NCBI RefSeq assembly: GCF_009914755.1
Contig: NC_060931.1
Direction: 5' to 3' (one strand)
DNA: 64,000 nucleotides
From: the human T2T-CHM13v2.0 reference genome, Homo sapiens
Shown here: positions 40,344 to 52,950 of the stretch, piece after piece
How the letters are laid out: every line of letters starts with the position of its first letter
Position numbering within the stretch: the first letter of the stretch is position 1
Made by a program: the position numbers and the translations under genes
Notes under the pieces: model-generated
Told to the model about the DNA's origin: nothing
The model's database searches: none
The model's input: only the letters and a program-made list of their open reading frames with translations

Positions 40344-41483
40344 TCACATGGGCTTGGCGGCACCTCCCAACACGCCAAGGCCAGTGGTAAAACGGGCCTC
40401 TGCTTTTTTTAAAGAATAGCTTGTCTAATGACTCTGAGAGCATCTATTAATTTCATCACTGTTGCCGACTTAATCAGCAAACTTCATTTACAATTCCACA
40501 AGCTACGAAAAATCATTTGCTACTGTCATAGCAGTATAGGAAACGTGTCAGCACCTTGGGAGCCCGGCCAGTGTTTCATTTCACTGAGTTCCAGAAGACT
40601 CCGGCTCTCGGATGGGAGCAGCCCCCATGGCTGCTTTTCGGCTCCTCGTTTGGAAAACTTGGTGACTCTCTAAGGTGACAGGAAAAGCAAAAATTGCTCT
40701 GTTAATGCTTCCAGTGCCCAATTTGGGAGTAAAGAATGGGTTTTATCACCAAAAAGACTTCACATGATGTTTCTGCCTGAGAGAAGTAGGCAGGGTCTAG
40801 GGGCCATCCTAGCCTCCTCCCATCCCAGAGGATGAGAGAGGGAACCGCCCACTTCCTGTGTGGCCCCAGGACTCAGAGCTACCCTCAATGGCACCCGAAT
40901 TTTATTCCTAACCCCTCCCAGATGCTTCCTGTGTGTCCACAGCTGGGTGGTGGTTCTAGTTTTAGGTTTTTTATATTTAAAAAACCAGCAGATTAAAAAA
41001 TTAACCAGCATCTATTTTTAAAGAACTGCATGCATTCCTTTGCTATAAATAACACCTTAGTGGACTCTAAAAAAAGTAATTCAAAACAATCCTTTTTCAC
41101 TGGGTTTGCTGCTTGTTTACGTTATATTTCTCTGAGATAACAGAAAGAGGCACATCTTATCACTTTCCTGACAGTTTCATTTTCAGGATCTGATAATGCT
41201 ATGTGTGCTTATATGGAAAATATTGATCCCACTATACTCTGCTCTTCCTAAATTTTTCATTTTTTAAAAAATTCATGACAGTATTTGATTCCCAGAGGTT
41301 TTACAAACCATCTCCTTCAAGCAAATGCATGTAAATTTCACTTCTGTGACTCTGAGTTCATTTTTAAAGAATGGTTTTAGAAAATCTTCTTCTACTTTGC
41401 CAAATTTCATCTTTAAAATGCTTGTTTCTGTTCCTCTCATGATAATGGTAATGTTTATGATGGCTGATTTTAAAACCTCTTAG

Positions 41484-42055
<572 letters not shown>

Positions 42056-43497
42056 TAAGCAAAAGACCTAAGCTGGTTTGGAATTCACTAATCTAACACT
42101 GGCTAGAGTTTAAAAAGTAGGGGCTAGTAAAGCCCACTTGATATGCACAAAATAAGATTAGCTGCAGCGTTTTGCTGTCCACGTTGTCTTAGAGAGCTGG
42201 AAGATGGGGTGCAGGGGGAGGTGCAGGGCAGGAAGCATCTGCGGTGAGGCCTCTGGTCAGTCACTGCACAGCTGGAGAAGGCTCAGGTGGTGCTCGTGGC
42301 CCATGAGGGGTTCTCCCCAGAAGAGACAGGAAGGGCCCACCGTGGTTTCCCACAGCAATGTCCTCATGCACGCTGAGGCACACATCTTACGTGGATGCTG
42401 TTAGTATTCAGTACACTGCGTCTAAAATGCACGTGTGTGCAAATGCGTGTCTCTAGTGCACTCAGAGTGGGAAGTCTGCACGGCTCCTTTTAACTCTATG
42501 GGATCATGAAGGAAAGTAAAACCTTAGAGGCTGAGGGGTTTCTGCCTGCATCTGAATTTCTTTGGAATGCTCATGTCAAATCTGATGGAAATGTGGTACT
42601 AGCAGCAGCCACTGCCCAAATAAACATGTTCAAAGCTCCTTTTCACCAAGGCTTCTGCTGTGAACCTCTCCCTTCTTGGGGCACCTGCTGCCCCTTCCTC
42701 CTGCCTCTCCTGGGGCAGCACAGGCACCTGCAACCAACTTACGGAGTTTTGCAGATGTGACACCCTAAGAAAGCAGCCAACACTGTGTTCCTCGTGGAAT
42801 TACTGAGTTCACATCCCTTTTCCTTTTTAGAGAGACAGATCCTATAGGCAGCATGAATGGAAATGCAAAGACTCCATCGATTTTTACCAACTTTTCCAAG
42901 GAAAGTCCAAATCATGTTTGCTCCTCCATGCTGGTACAGTTCAGTGCCAGCCTGGTCTGGCCCTGGAGCCTTCTTTTGGCATCCAGAACATCTCCCTGAC
43001 AACCCAGAAACACAGCTGACCTCCTGCCATCCTGAGCCTCACAAGCTTGCTGGACACCTGCGGTGAGTCCCAGCAAGGGTGAGTCCCAGCGCCAGGCAAA
43101 GATCTGGCGAGGGAAGAGCCGCCCGGGATGCAGACACACTTATCACTCACTTGCCATTTCCACAACCTCATTTCTTTGCAGCTGTGGACGGCAATGGATT
43201 CCTTAAGGGCCATCCCACCCCTATGGAGATAGATGCCAGGGCTTGGGAGCCACCTGGTGTGGCTGTGCACGCTGAGTGTCCTTGTCACTCAGAGGAAGAT
43301 AGGCCCAGGGTCCCTTAGGCCAAGAGACTTGTTTGGGTCTGACTGGGGCCACCCTGGCTGTACCCACATTTCCAAAAGTAAACCTGTAACGCATCATGTC
43401 TCAAAGACAGGAAACCCCATGGACACCCCAGCTCCATCATGCGGTCATGACATTTTGGACCAGGAGGGCCTCCTGTGTGGTCCTCTGGCGGGAAGCC

Positions 43498-43848
43498 TGC
43501 TAGTCTCCCTAGGGCTGCCCTAACAAGCCTCACAGCCTGAGCGGCTCAAACAACAGAAATGTACTCCGTCACGGTTCTGGGGGCTGAAGTCTGAGGTCCG
43601 GGCTTCGGTTTCTCCTGAGACTGCGCAGGCTGGCGGGCGGCCGTCTCCTCCTGTGTCCTCACGTGGCTTCTTCTCCAGTGTCTCTTCTTTCAAGGACACC
43701 AGTCCTGCTGGAGCCAGGCCCACCCCACGACCTCACATAACCTCAATCGCCTCCTGAAAGACACTTTCTCCAAATACAGTCGCCTTATGCGGCCCCGGGT
43801 GTTGGCGCTTCCCAGGTGAACTTGGGGAACACACGTCAGCCCATCCCA
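43498..43848 (-). mobile_element. MLT1 (B/C-like) solo LTR
   Basis: ctagggctgccctaacaa...gcggctcaaacaacagaaatgta...cacggttctggggg...aaggacaccagtc...tctccaaatacagtc matches an antisense MLT1 LTR. Confidence 0.78.
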
Positions 43849-44259
43849 GGTGGAGCTGCGGCAGTGCGGGGTGTGGCTGGTGCTGGGGGTGGGCAGGAAG
43901 GGTAAGCAGGGGACGAGGGATCAGAGGCAGGAGGTGTCCTGGCCCTAACATTTCCTTTGCTTCTCGTAAACCTCACCTGAGCCCACCCAACACCAAGGCC
44001 ACATCAAGGAGAGAGGACAAGGGGAGAGTGATCACAGGGTGTGACAGTGATGGAGGGGACCCAGACGCAGGGACTACGGAGGGCAGTGGGGCCTCACAGG
44101 GCACCTCCCACAGGGAGCAGAGAGCGGACGATGGCCAGTGGTGATGAGATGTGGCCCTGCTGTGGAGGAAGCGCCAGGTGCATCTGATGAAGGCATGAAG
44201 ACACAGAAGGGGACAGGAAGGGGCTAGAAAGAAAAGTATCACAGTCAGCCTGGTCCCTA

Positions 44260-44790
44260 TGCTGTGTGCACGTGCATGTGTGTGTATGTATCTGGGTGTG
44301 TGCATTGCATGTGTGTGAGGGTGTGTGTGGCTGTGCTATGTGTGAGGGTGTGCTGTGTGTGGCTGTGTGTGGGTGGGTGTGCTGTATGTGTGTGGGTATA
44401 TACATGTGGGGGTGTGTGGGTGTGTGTGTGCTGCATGTGTGTGGATGCATGCATGTGCACATGTGTGTATGTATCTGGTTGTGTGCATTGCACGTGTGTG
44501 AGGGTGTGTGTGGCTGTGCTGTGTGTGGGGGTGGGGGTGTGTAGGTGGGTGTGCTTTGTGTATATGTGGGGTATGTACATGTGCACGTGTGAGTGTGTGT
44601 GCTGTGTGTGGGGGTGTGGGTGTGTGTGGAAGTGTGCTGTGTGTGGGTGTGCTGTGTGTGGGTGTGGGTGTGCTGTGTGTGGGGGTGTGCTGTGTGTGTG
44701 GGTGTGTACATGTACACATGTGTGAGTGTGTGGGTGTGCTGTGTGTGGGGTGTGCATTGCACGTGTATGTGTGTGGGCATGTGTATACAC
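44260..44790. repeat. Complex (TG)n-rich microsatellite, ~530 bp
   Basis: Alternating tgtgtg with gctg/gggtg/tgca interruptions; block tatctgg...gtgcattgca...gagggtgtgtgtggctgtgct duplicated at 44289 and 44472. Confidence 0.96.
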
Positions 44791-47700
44791 ACTGCCTGAT
44801 GGGTTCTGAGGAATGAACGGATCCATGAATCAATGATTACACCCACCAAAATTTCTACTGATTGCATGATGGGAAAATATGGAATAATTGCCCATTCTTA
44901 TTTTCATTTTCAGGAGAAAGAAAACAGGAGTGAGACACCAAAACGCAGGGCTTTGTTTACAGAGAAGGCCGCGGGGGCTCCCCGCCAGGTCTGTGCATTT
45001 CAACTCAGTTCTGTCCTTCCTCATAAACAGATGAACCTGTCCCGCGCGCGTGGTGGCGGCTTACACGGCGGAAACACCCTCAGGTGCTTTCTCACTATCA
45101 AAGAGCAGCTTAGCATTTATTTCATATTTTTGTCTTCCACTGATTCTTATTTATTTTACAAATTGCACCTGAACAATAAAGGAAGTCATTCCAAAAGCAG
45201 CAGCCTGCCCCCCACCAGCAGGCAGCAGTGACGTGTCTCCATGGGGCCTTAAACCTTCAGGGCCACGTTGTGATTTATCTTCACACAGCGCTTGGCGCAT
45301 GCGGGCCTCTAACGAATGTTTAGAATTTCAGTGACTCTAGTATCACCGTTTTCTTTCTATCTTCTCTTCCACGCACGTGTCTGTCTTTCTCATGGTCTAG
45401 TCATTGTAAGTTTGTTTTTTAAAAAGTTTTACTAAGTACATATGCTACTAAATGTGGTGAGTAAATGTTTACTGTTCAATTTTATCACGTTGATATACTC
45501 AGACTTCTTCTGAAATGAGACACAGGCTTTCTCCTTTCACCTTTGTTTCCAAGATGCTCTTCCTGCCTCTAGCTCCCCGCACTCCCTGCACTTCCCCGAG
45601 GTCACTGCACTCACAGAGCTTCCTATGTGATCAGTTCCACCAGGCATAGCAGGAATTCTTCTCATTTGTCCAAACGAACAGAGCCCCAGGAGGCCCCACC
45701 TGGTGCCCGTGACCGACCCCCTCAGTGAACCTGCAAAGGTTCCCATGCACAAGGCGACGCTTCAGACATTTCACCATCTCACTCTCCAGGTCGGACTTGA
45801 AAACGCTCTGATCAATGATCAAATCTGCTTCCACCCAATTCAAATGCAAGCAGTTCTGAGGCACGATTATACACAATACATGCTATTTATTAACCGTCAC
45901 CACTCAGCTAGGTTCTTTGCCAAGAATTTCCCAAAAGAAGTCTTCATTCTACATAGCAACTTGTTCTTATCCATGGGAAAGATAGTGTCTTATTTTAAAT
46001 GCAAATGAAGCCGATTCAGCATGTACAAGCAGAACCCGCAAATGAGAGAAATGTTGGTATATGTGATTTGTAAATAACAGCATATTAAAAATATAATAGA
46101 TAAAATGTTTCCAATGATAAGGCCAGGATTCTTAATAATTGGATAATCTTAATCAAAAATCTTAGATGAGTAAAATTTTCCCACTTAATATAAAAACCAC
46201 GACATCAAGCTGAGTATAAGGACACATTTAAATTCTGGCCAAAAAGCAAAGCTTATCCTGGGAGTTCCAAACCTCCTTCCTGCCTGGGCGCAGCTCTTTC
46301 TGGGTGTATAGCACATGATAAAGAGATCAATCTTTGAGCTTTGTTGGAAACAGCACACGAGGTAACACCAACCAAGCATTTAAATTTCTGATTTGGATCT
46401 ATGAGCATTGCTAATGACACACTCACTGCACACTTGAAACTCTTGGATTTCCACACTCATCATCACTGATCTATGCCACGCCATTCCCAGAATTCCCCAT
46501 GCCATCCTGCCCCACCATGGGCACCAGCCAAACCCACTGAGTAGGCACTGTCTCCCACCCATCCTTCAAGACCAGGCTGGCCTTTGCCTGCCCCAGACCC
46601 TCCACCCTCACTTCCAGCCATGCCCCTGCAGGACCCCGTAGAGCACTTCATCTTGTCCCTGTCCTTGTGGAGGAGGCAGGGGCCTGTGTGAACTGCCCTG
46701 CTTACTCCGGCATCCCCAGCAGCCCTCAGCAAGCTCAGCACAAGGTAAAGCCTCAACACGGGAGGACGGAGTTCATTTTCCTCCACTACCACGAGATCCT
46801 GGGGGGCCAGGATCCTCCAGGTCCGTCCTTTCCTTCCTCTGCTCACCCATCCACCAGCTCAGCACCTACTTCAGGCCTCAGACATTGTAGGTGCTACAGA
46901 GACATCTAGAGAGTGAACCCACAGACACACAAATAACCTGTGTTTAAAGGTGTGTTAACAGCATTGGGTGGTTCCCAGTGGGGTACACACTACATCATTT
47001 CTACACTTGAAAAAGTAAGAATTCCAAGATGGATGGATTTACTCAAAACCTCAGAAACACCACTGACCAGCTACTTCTACAAACATCAGTTCTGTTTTGT
47101 CCTGCCCACTGTGCATTTAGGCTAACAGGCAATGAAGAAATCTTGAAACTATGAGAAACTATGGAAAAAAATTCAAGTTTTAAGGAAGATACAGTAGCAC
47201 CCCATTTATATAGCACCAGTTAAAGTTATTCCAAATAAATATATTTTCAGGATAACTTAAACTTACCCACATAACACCAGTATGAGAAGTTTATATACTT
47301 TAAAAAGTCTATTTTTAAAAAAAGTATTGTTTATTTCTCTGCTGCCTTACACACAGTAAACAAAAGTTAATTTATTCCTGATGACTAAGACTCCTCCTTT
47401 AAATTTCAGTGAGGCCTTGGGCCCCCCATGGAGCACCTCAGATGCTGCAAAGACCAGTGGGTCTGCTCCCCCCACTCCAGATGGTCCCAGGTGGGCAGGG
47501 GAGGAAGAGCCCCATTTTAACAAGATCTTTCCACTTAGAATAACAATCGCCTCCACGGAGAAGGTTTTAGAAGTTACCAGTTTGTAAACACAGACAGAAT
47601 CCTGAAATAGGACTGTCACCTTGCACCTTGCACAGAGATCCCAGCAAACACCACAAAGGTGTGCAAATGACAGGAAGGTGTGCAAATGACAGAGTGGTCT

Positions 47701-49289
47701 CTGCTAGGATCTCTGCGGTGATTTTACCCACACAAAACCCCACCTGGGTCTGTACGTCATTGCTAAAGACATCAGATGTGCCTGTTTGATGCTGTGAAAG
47801 TTTTTCACATCAGCCCGTCTTCTCACAACATAGAAAGAAGGGGAAATTTACAAAAGAGCATGCCAGAGTCTATGTCTCCCGGTGATTGTTAAAAGTTGGT
47901 AGAGGCCTCTTCTCTATCATCTTTGTTTCAAAATCCCTTATGATTTTAACAAATACCAATGGCCTGAATCAAAGATGCACAAAAGATAAACAGGTGTTTG
48001 ATTTCATTCCAGTTTGAAGCATCCATTCAACCAGAAGAGGGAGCACATGTTTAAAAGAAACCCCCAAACCGTCAGACCATCGTCACCGACGATCACCATA
48101 TTAAGTGATAGAAAATGGTACAAATTAAGAACATATCATGATGCTTAGGTTCTTAAGGAGCTATAAGCAAAGGAGGATATAAAATTATATAACACTGAAA
48201 GTGAAAATGAAAGTAGGAAACTACACCTTATATTTTGTCCCCTCTGTGGTTTTTGGGAACTTATCCTACAAACTAATAATCGGGGACAAGGGGTTTGAAA
48301 AAACTGTCATCTAATTTTCTGTCTCACAGAGGAGTTCCCTCGGACCCACAGAGAAAGTGAGAGCAGATATATGCGAGATGAGTTTTGTTTTTAAAAAGAG
48401 AAAAAGAACAATCTTACTCAGAAAAAATCCAGCTGGATTAGTTGGTCATAGATCGTTATTTTACACTGAGGTGCTTTTTCCCCACAGTTCTTTCTTGGTC
48501 AAATCATGGTTTCTTTCTTTTTTTGGTTGAAAAACTACAACAATAAGAGATCAAATATTCCATAACTCACCAAAGACTTCAGAATCAACTTCGGTGAGAA
48601 GAGCTTCCTTTTCTGAATGTGGATGAAGCTGCGCCGATCCCGAGTTTGTAGGAGAGCCATTCGTCCTGAAATTGTTGGATAACTGCTCCCTCCCACTCCT
48701 TGGCTGAGAGAGTCCCACGTGTCGGGGGCAAGAACCACACATCTTTGTGCACTGTTCTTAGTGTCTGACACGTGCCTTTCGGAAGCAGATGTTTAAAACA
48801 ATCTGCTCAGTGAGTGCGTGAATAGGTAAAAGGTTAGGGAATGAAGGGGGAACTGCCGGGGGCTGATACATAGATGACACGACGCTGGCTTTACACACCA
48901 CATCACGGTGAGACTGACTCCAGCAAGCTTACATCACTCAGACGGCAAATATTTCAAAGAAAAAATCCATAGTGTTTAGTAAGCCACAGAAGAACATTTT
49001 AAAGTAAGGAGTAACAAATCTGTATGGAAGCATTTCCAAAATTCACAAAGCGTAGAAAGAAGATTGTTAAAAAGTATGTCCAGTGATTGACTTGGAGTGG
49101 GTACGGAGGCACGGGCAGTGGCCCTGGACTGCTGCCTCTGCTGGCACCAGCTCTTATTACCACCGCTTGAAGAACATGGTACATTTGTTTCTCATATAAA
49201 AATGTGAAAGCAGGCAGGTCGGGGCTAATATGGGGACTCATCCATGAAGCCCTCCTTTCTCCCCTCTTGAAATTCCCAGGTCACCTCTT

Positions 49290-49530
49290 GGACCATGGTG
49301 TAGCATCAGCTCCGGCCATCACATCTGCATTCCAAGAGCAGGGATGAGAAAGAGAAATGAAGGAGCAAAGGCACATACCTAACCTTCTAGCTGAGATCCA
49401 CTGGCCACACCTAGATGAAAGGGAGCTGGCAAATGCAGATTTTACTCCAAGTAGGGGTGACTGTGACCCAAATCAAACCCTCAGTTCTATCTCTCCAGTA
49501 GAAGAGGAAAGTAGACCTTAGGCTCAGCCA
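49290..49530 (-). mobile_element. Old MLT1 (J/K-like) LTR remnant
   Basis: gccatcacatctgcattccaag...tggccacacctag...aagggagctggcaaatgcag. Confidence 0.5.
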
Positions 49531-49924
49531 CATCTCCATGGAGAGTGGAGGTGGTCAGACAGAAGTAGAGATTTAGAAAAGTTCATGTGCCCATCCTTCC
49601 ACCCACAGACGGGATATCAAGCACTTCCATGTTTGTCCTCTCATATATGACTCGTAAGGCCAGTGAACACCTGTAAGAATCTGAAGGAAAATCAACCATA
49701 AAGGAGAAAAGTTAATGTTACCCCCTCAAGCTTAGGAGGGCTTCCATAAGCTGAAGAGCAGGCTCCTTGAGGGAGATACTGGGTTCCTTGAATTCCACTT
49801 CAGAATCATGGCCCTGTGCCTTCTTTTCCTGCTTAGCCAGGCAGCTCCCTGCACAGACTTGGCAAGTTTCCAAGAGAGTGTTCATTAATCAGAGCTATTG
49901 CAATTGCTGAATATTCTCCAGCAA

Positions 49925-51290
49925 ACCATTCATCTATATATCCATCCATCATCCACCTACACATCCTTCCATTCATCCATCCATTTCTCCATCCATCCCT
50001 CCAGCCTGCCTTCCTTCCTTCCTTCCATCCACCCATCCACCCACACATCTACCCATCCATATATCTATCCATCCTCCAATTCATCTGTTCATCCATCCAT
50101 CCCTCTATCTATTGACCTACCATCTATCCAAACATACATTAATCTACCAATTCACTTGTTCATCTATCCATTCATTCACCCATCTATCCATCCATCATAC
50201 ATCTATCAATCCATCTATCATCCATCATTCATCATCTGTCTATTTACCCATCCATCTCTCCATCCATTCACCCACCCACCCATCCATCCATCCATCCAGC
50301 CACCCACTCACCCACCCACCCACCCATCCATCCACCCATCCACCCACCCATCCATTCACCCACCCACCCATCCATCCACCCACCCACTCACCCACCTACC
50401 CATCCATCCATCCACCCACCCACCCACCCACTCACCCACCCATCCTTGCATCCACCCACCAATTTACCTGTTCATCCATCCATCTATCCCTCTATCCATC
50501 CATCCAATCACCCACCCATTCATCCATCCACCAACTCACCTATTCATCCATCCATCTACCCCATCCGTCATTTGTCTATGCATCCATCCAGCCAGCCACC
50601 CATCTATTCACCCATTCACCTGTCCATCCATCCATCCCTCCATCCACCCATCTATTCACTCATCTATGCATTCATCAACCAGCATCCATCCACCCATCCA
50701 TCCCTCATCCATCATTCAGCATCCATCTACCCACACACCCATACATCCATCACTTTACCTGTTTGTTCGTCCATCCATCCACCCATTCATCAAACAATCC
50801 ACCTGCTCATCCATTCATCCATCCCTCCATCCATCTACCCATCCATCAAACAATTCACTTGTTCATCCAGTCATCCATCCCTCCATCCACGCATCTTTCC
50901 AACTACCCATCTATCCATCCACCTACCCATCCATTCAGGAAGCCAGCCATCTTTTCACCCATTCACCCGTTCATTCCTCCTTCCACCCATCCCTCATCCA
51001 TCCACCCACCTATCCATATCCATCATCCATCATTCATCATCCATCCATCTATTTACCCATCCATTTCTCCCTCTGTCCCTCCATTCATCCATCCATCCAC
51101 CCATCCGGCCAGCCAGCCAGCCATCTCTTCACCCATTCATCTACTCACCCAACCAACCATCCCTCCACACATTCATCCATCCACCCGTCCATATACCCAC
51201 ACATCCATCCACCACACATCCATCCATCTACCCACCCATTCACCTGTTCATTCATCCATCCATCCCCCACCTATACCTATCTCCATCTGT
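49925..51290. repeat. Degenerate (CCAT/CCAC)n tetranucleotide tract, ~1.36 kb
   Basis: catccatccatccacccacc throughout; almost no G on the + strand. Confidence 0.97.
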
Positions 51291-51794
51291 CTTTCCTCTT
51301 GTTTCAAAAAAGATTTGATTGTTTTTATGAAGTATTTTTAGTGCAAAAGCTTACTTTCATTTCCTAATTTTTAAGAGAATAAGAACTTCTCCCGAATATC
51401 ATCTTTTCCCTTTTTGCTCTCTCATTTGTCTCTCTTTTTCTTCCCTTGTATCTTGCAAATCCCTCAGATAAAAGTGGGTTGCTGAAATGAGAGGCTCAGA
51501 TAGAGCAGAGGAAAACAATTCAGCTCCAGATACCCAGGGGGTCTAGGCGGTCAGCTGACCTTTCTTCATGAGCACTGCAGAGTGCCAGTCTGTGCCTCAT
51601 TTCTACTCCACGTTGAATCTTTGAATCTAGTGATTTGGTTGTTGATCTTTGAACTTCTCTAAGCCATTATACCTTTAGTTCCCTCTTCCCCACTTGTTCT
51701 CTGATTGTTCATTTTGTTTTTAACCTAAAATGAACAAATCCCCTGTCTACCGATTAAAAACTCTGAGGTCTTTTTAGTTAATGTGTGACAAATA

Positions 51795-51912
51795 GAGAAG
51801 AGATGGGGAGAGAGAGGGAAAAAGTGAGAGGAGGGGTGGTGAGAGAGAGAGAGAGAGGAAGAGAGGGAGAGAGGGAGAGAGGGAGATAGAGGGAGGGGTG
51901 GGAGGAAGACAG
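51795..51912. repeat. GA-rich polypurine tract
   Basis: gagagagagagagagaggaagagagggagagagggagagagggaga. Confidence 0.9.
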
Positions 51913-52930
51913 AAAGGTCCTCACCGCCCCCGCCCCTCACCCCTGTATGTGCATCTGGAATCCACTTTCAGGGGAAAGCAGAGCCCTTTCTCTTTACTCA
52001 CCAGCAGTTCATATTGTTAATTTTTAACTAAAGACAACTGATTTTTGCCAGTAGCAGAGAACGTACGAGGTCTTTCTTCCTATTTTCTGCAATTAAGCAA
52101 CCAGCTATTATTAGGAGTTCAAAACAAATCACAAACATGTCTGTCTATTACAATTGTCTAATGGTCCCAGGTCCAACACTAAGGGAAACACATCCATTCA
52201 CTACAGCCTAGTAATTAAGACAAAAATAGACACGGAAGCCGCGATCGAGGAGGAGGGGGAACAAAAGGGTCAGCTTCCGCTAAGAAAGCCTCAGCCACGT
52301 CCCTGGGGAAGTTTCATGTCTTTCCTCACACGTGGCAGGGACGGCTGTGGGGTCCCAGTGTGTCACCTGCGTGGCCTTTTCAGGTTCTGGGGGCCTCGGT
52401 GGAAAACACGCACAGTGCATGGCCTGACACCCGCTGTTTTTCCTCGTTCAGGGAATAAGAGCCACTCCCAAGAACTCTCATTCAGACTCGTAATCAGCAA
52501 ATCAACACGGATGCCTCTCAGAGAAAAAACGATGCTTCCGATTTCAGGAGCCCCCTGATGATTCCGAGTCTCTCATACAAGGGAGGTGGGGAGGATGGGC
52601 AGGGCTCGGGAGGTCCGGATGACTTTCCCCACGGACACGGGCAGAGTGTCACACTTCACAAGCCACAGATGCCTTGCGTGGCCTGTGTGTGTTTAGACCC
52701 CGTCCTGTGCCCCGCCGGGCCCACAGCACAGACGCGCCTGGCTGAAGGGCGAGGGGGAGTGGGCTGTGAGTGTAAGAAAGTCACCAGAGAAGGGCCGAGT
52801 CGAGAAGGGGCCACTCAGGGGCCTCCCTGTCCGAGGCGCGGAGCCCAGCATGGCTGACTTCCTCTCTGAAGGTCATTAGAGATGGATCCCAATAAATACA
52901 CACACACCCATCAGATTAGCAGACCCAACG

Positions 52931-52950
52931 GTCTCCATGGCAACAATTGG
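52931..52950. promoter_or_regulatory. Candidate RFX X-box with overlapping SOX and CCAAT motifs
   Basis: GTCTCCATGGCAAC (52931-52944) fits GTYNCC-AT-GGNAAC and runs into AACAAT and ATTGG. Confidence 0.5.

Noticed and set aside
44094-44867. His/Thr- and Cys/Val-rich ORFs
   Set aside because: Translation of the (TG)n/(CA)n microsatellite
45460-45473. Palindrome AGTAAA-TG-TTTACT containing a forkhead TGTTTAC
   Set aside because: A single short motif in AT-rich DNA, expected by chance in 64 kb
45701-45856. Possible - strand exon NCLHLNWVEADLIIDQ...
   Set aside because: Weak splice signals and no recognisable homology
49898-51367. 489-, 409- and 290-aa His/Pro/Ser/Ile ORFs
   Set aside because: They are translations of the (CCAT)n tract; the lack of G removes most stop codons in all three + frames
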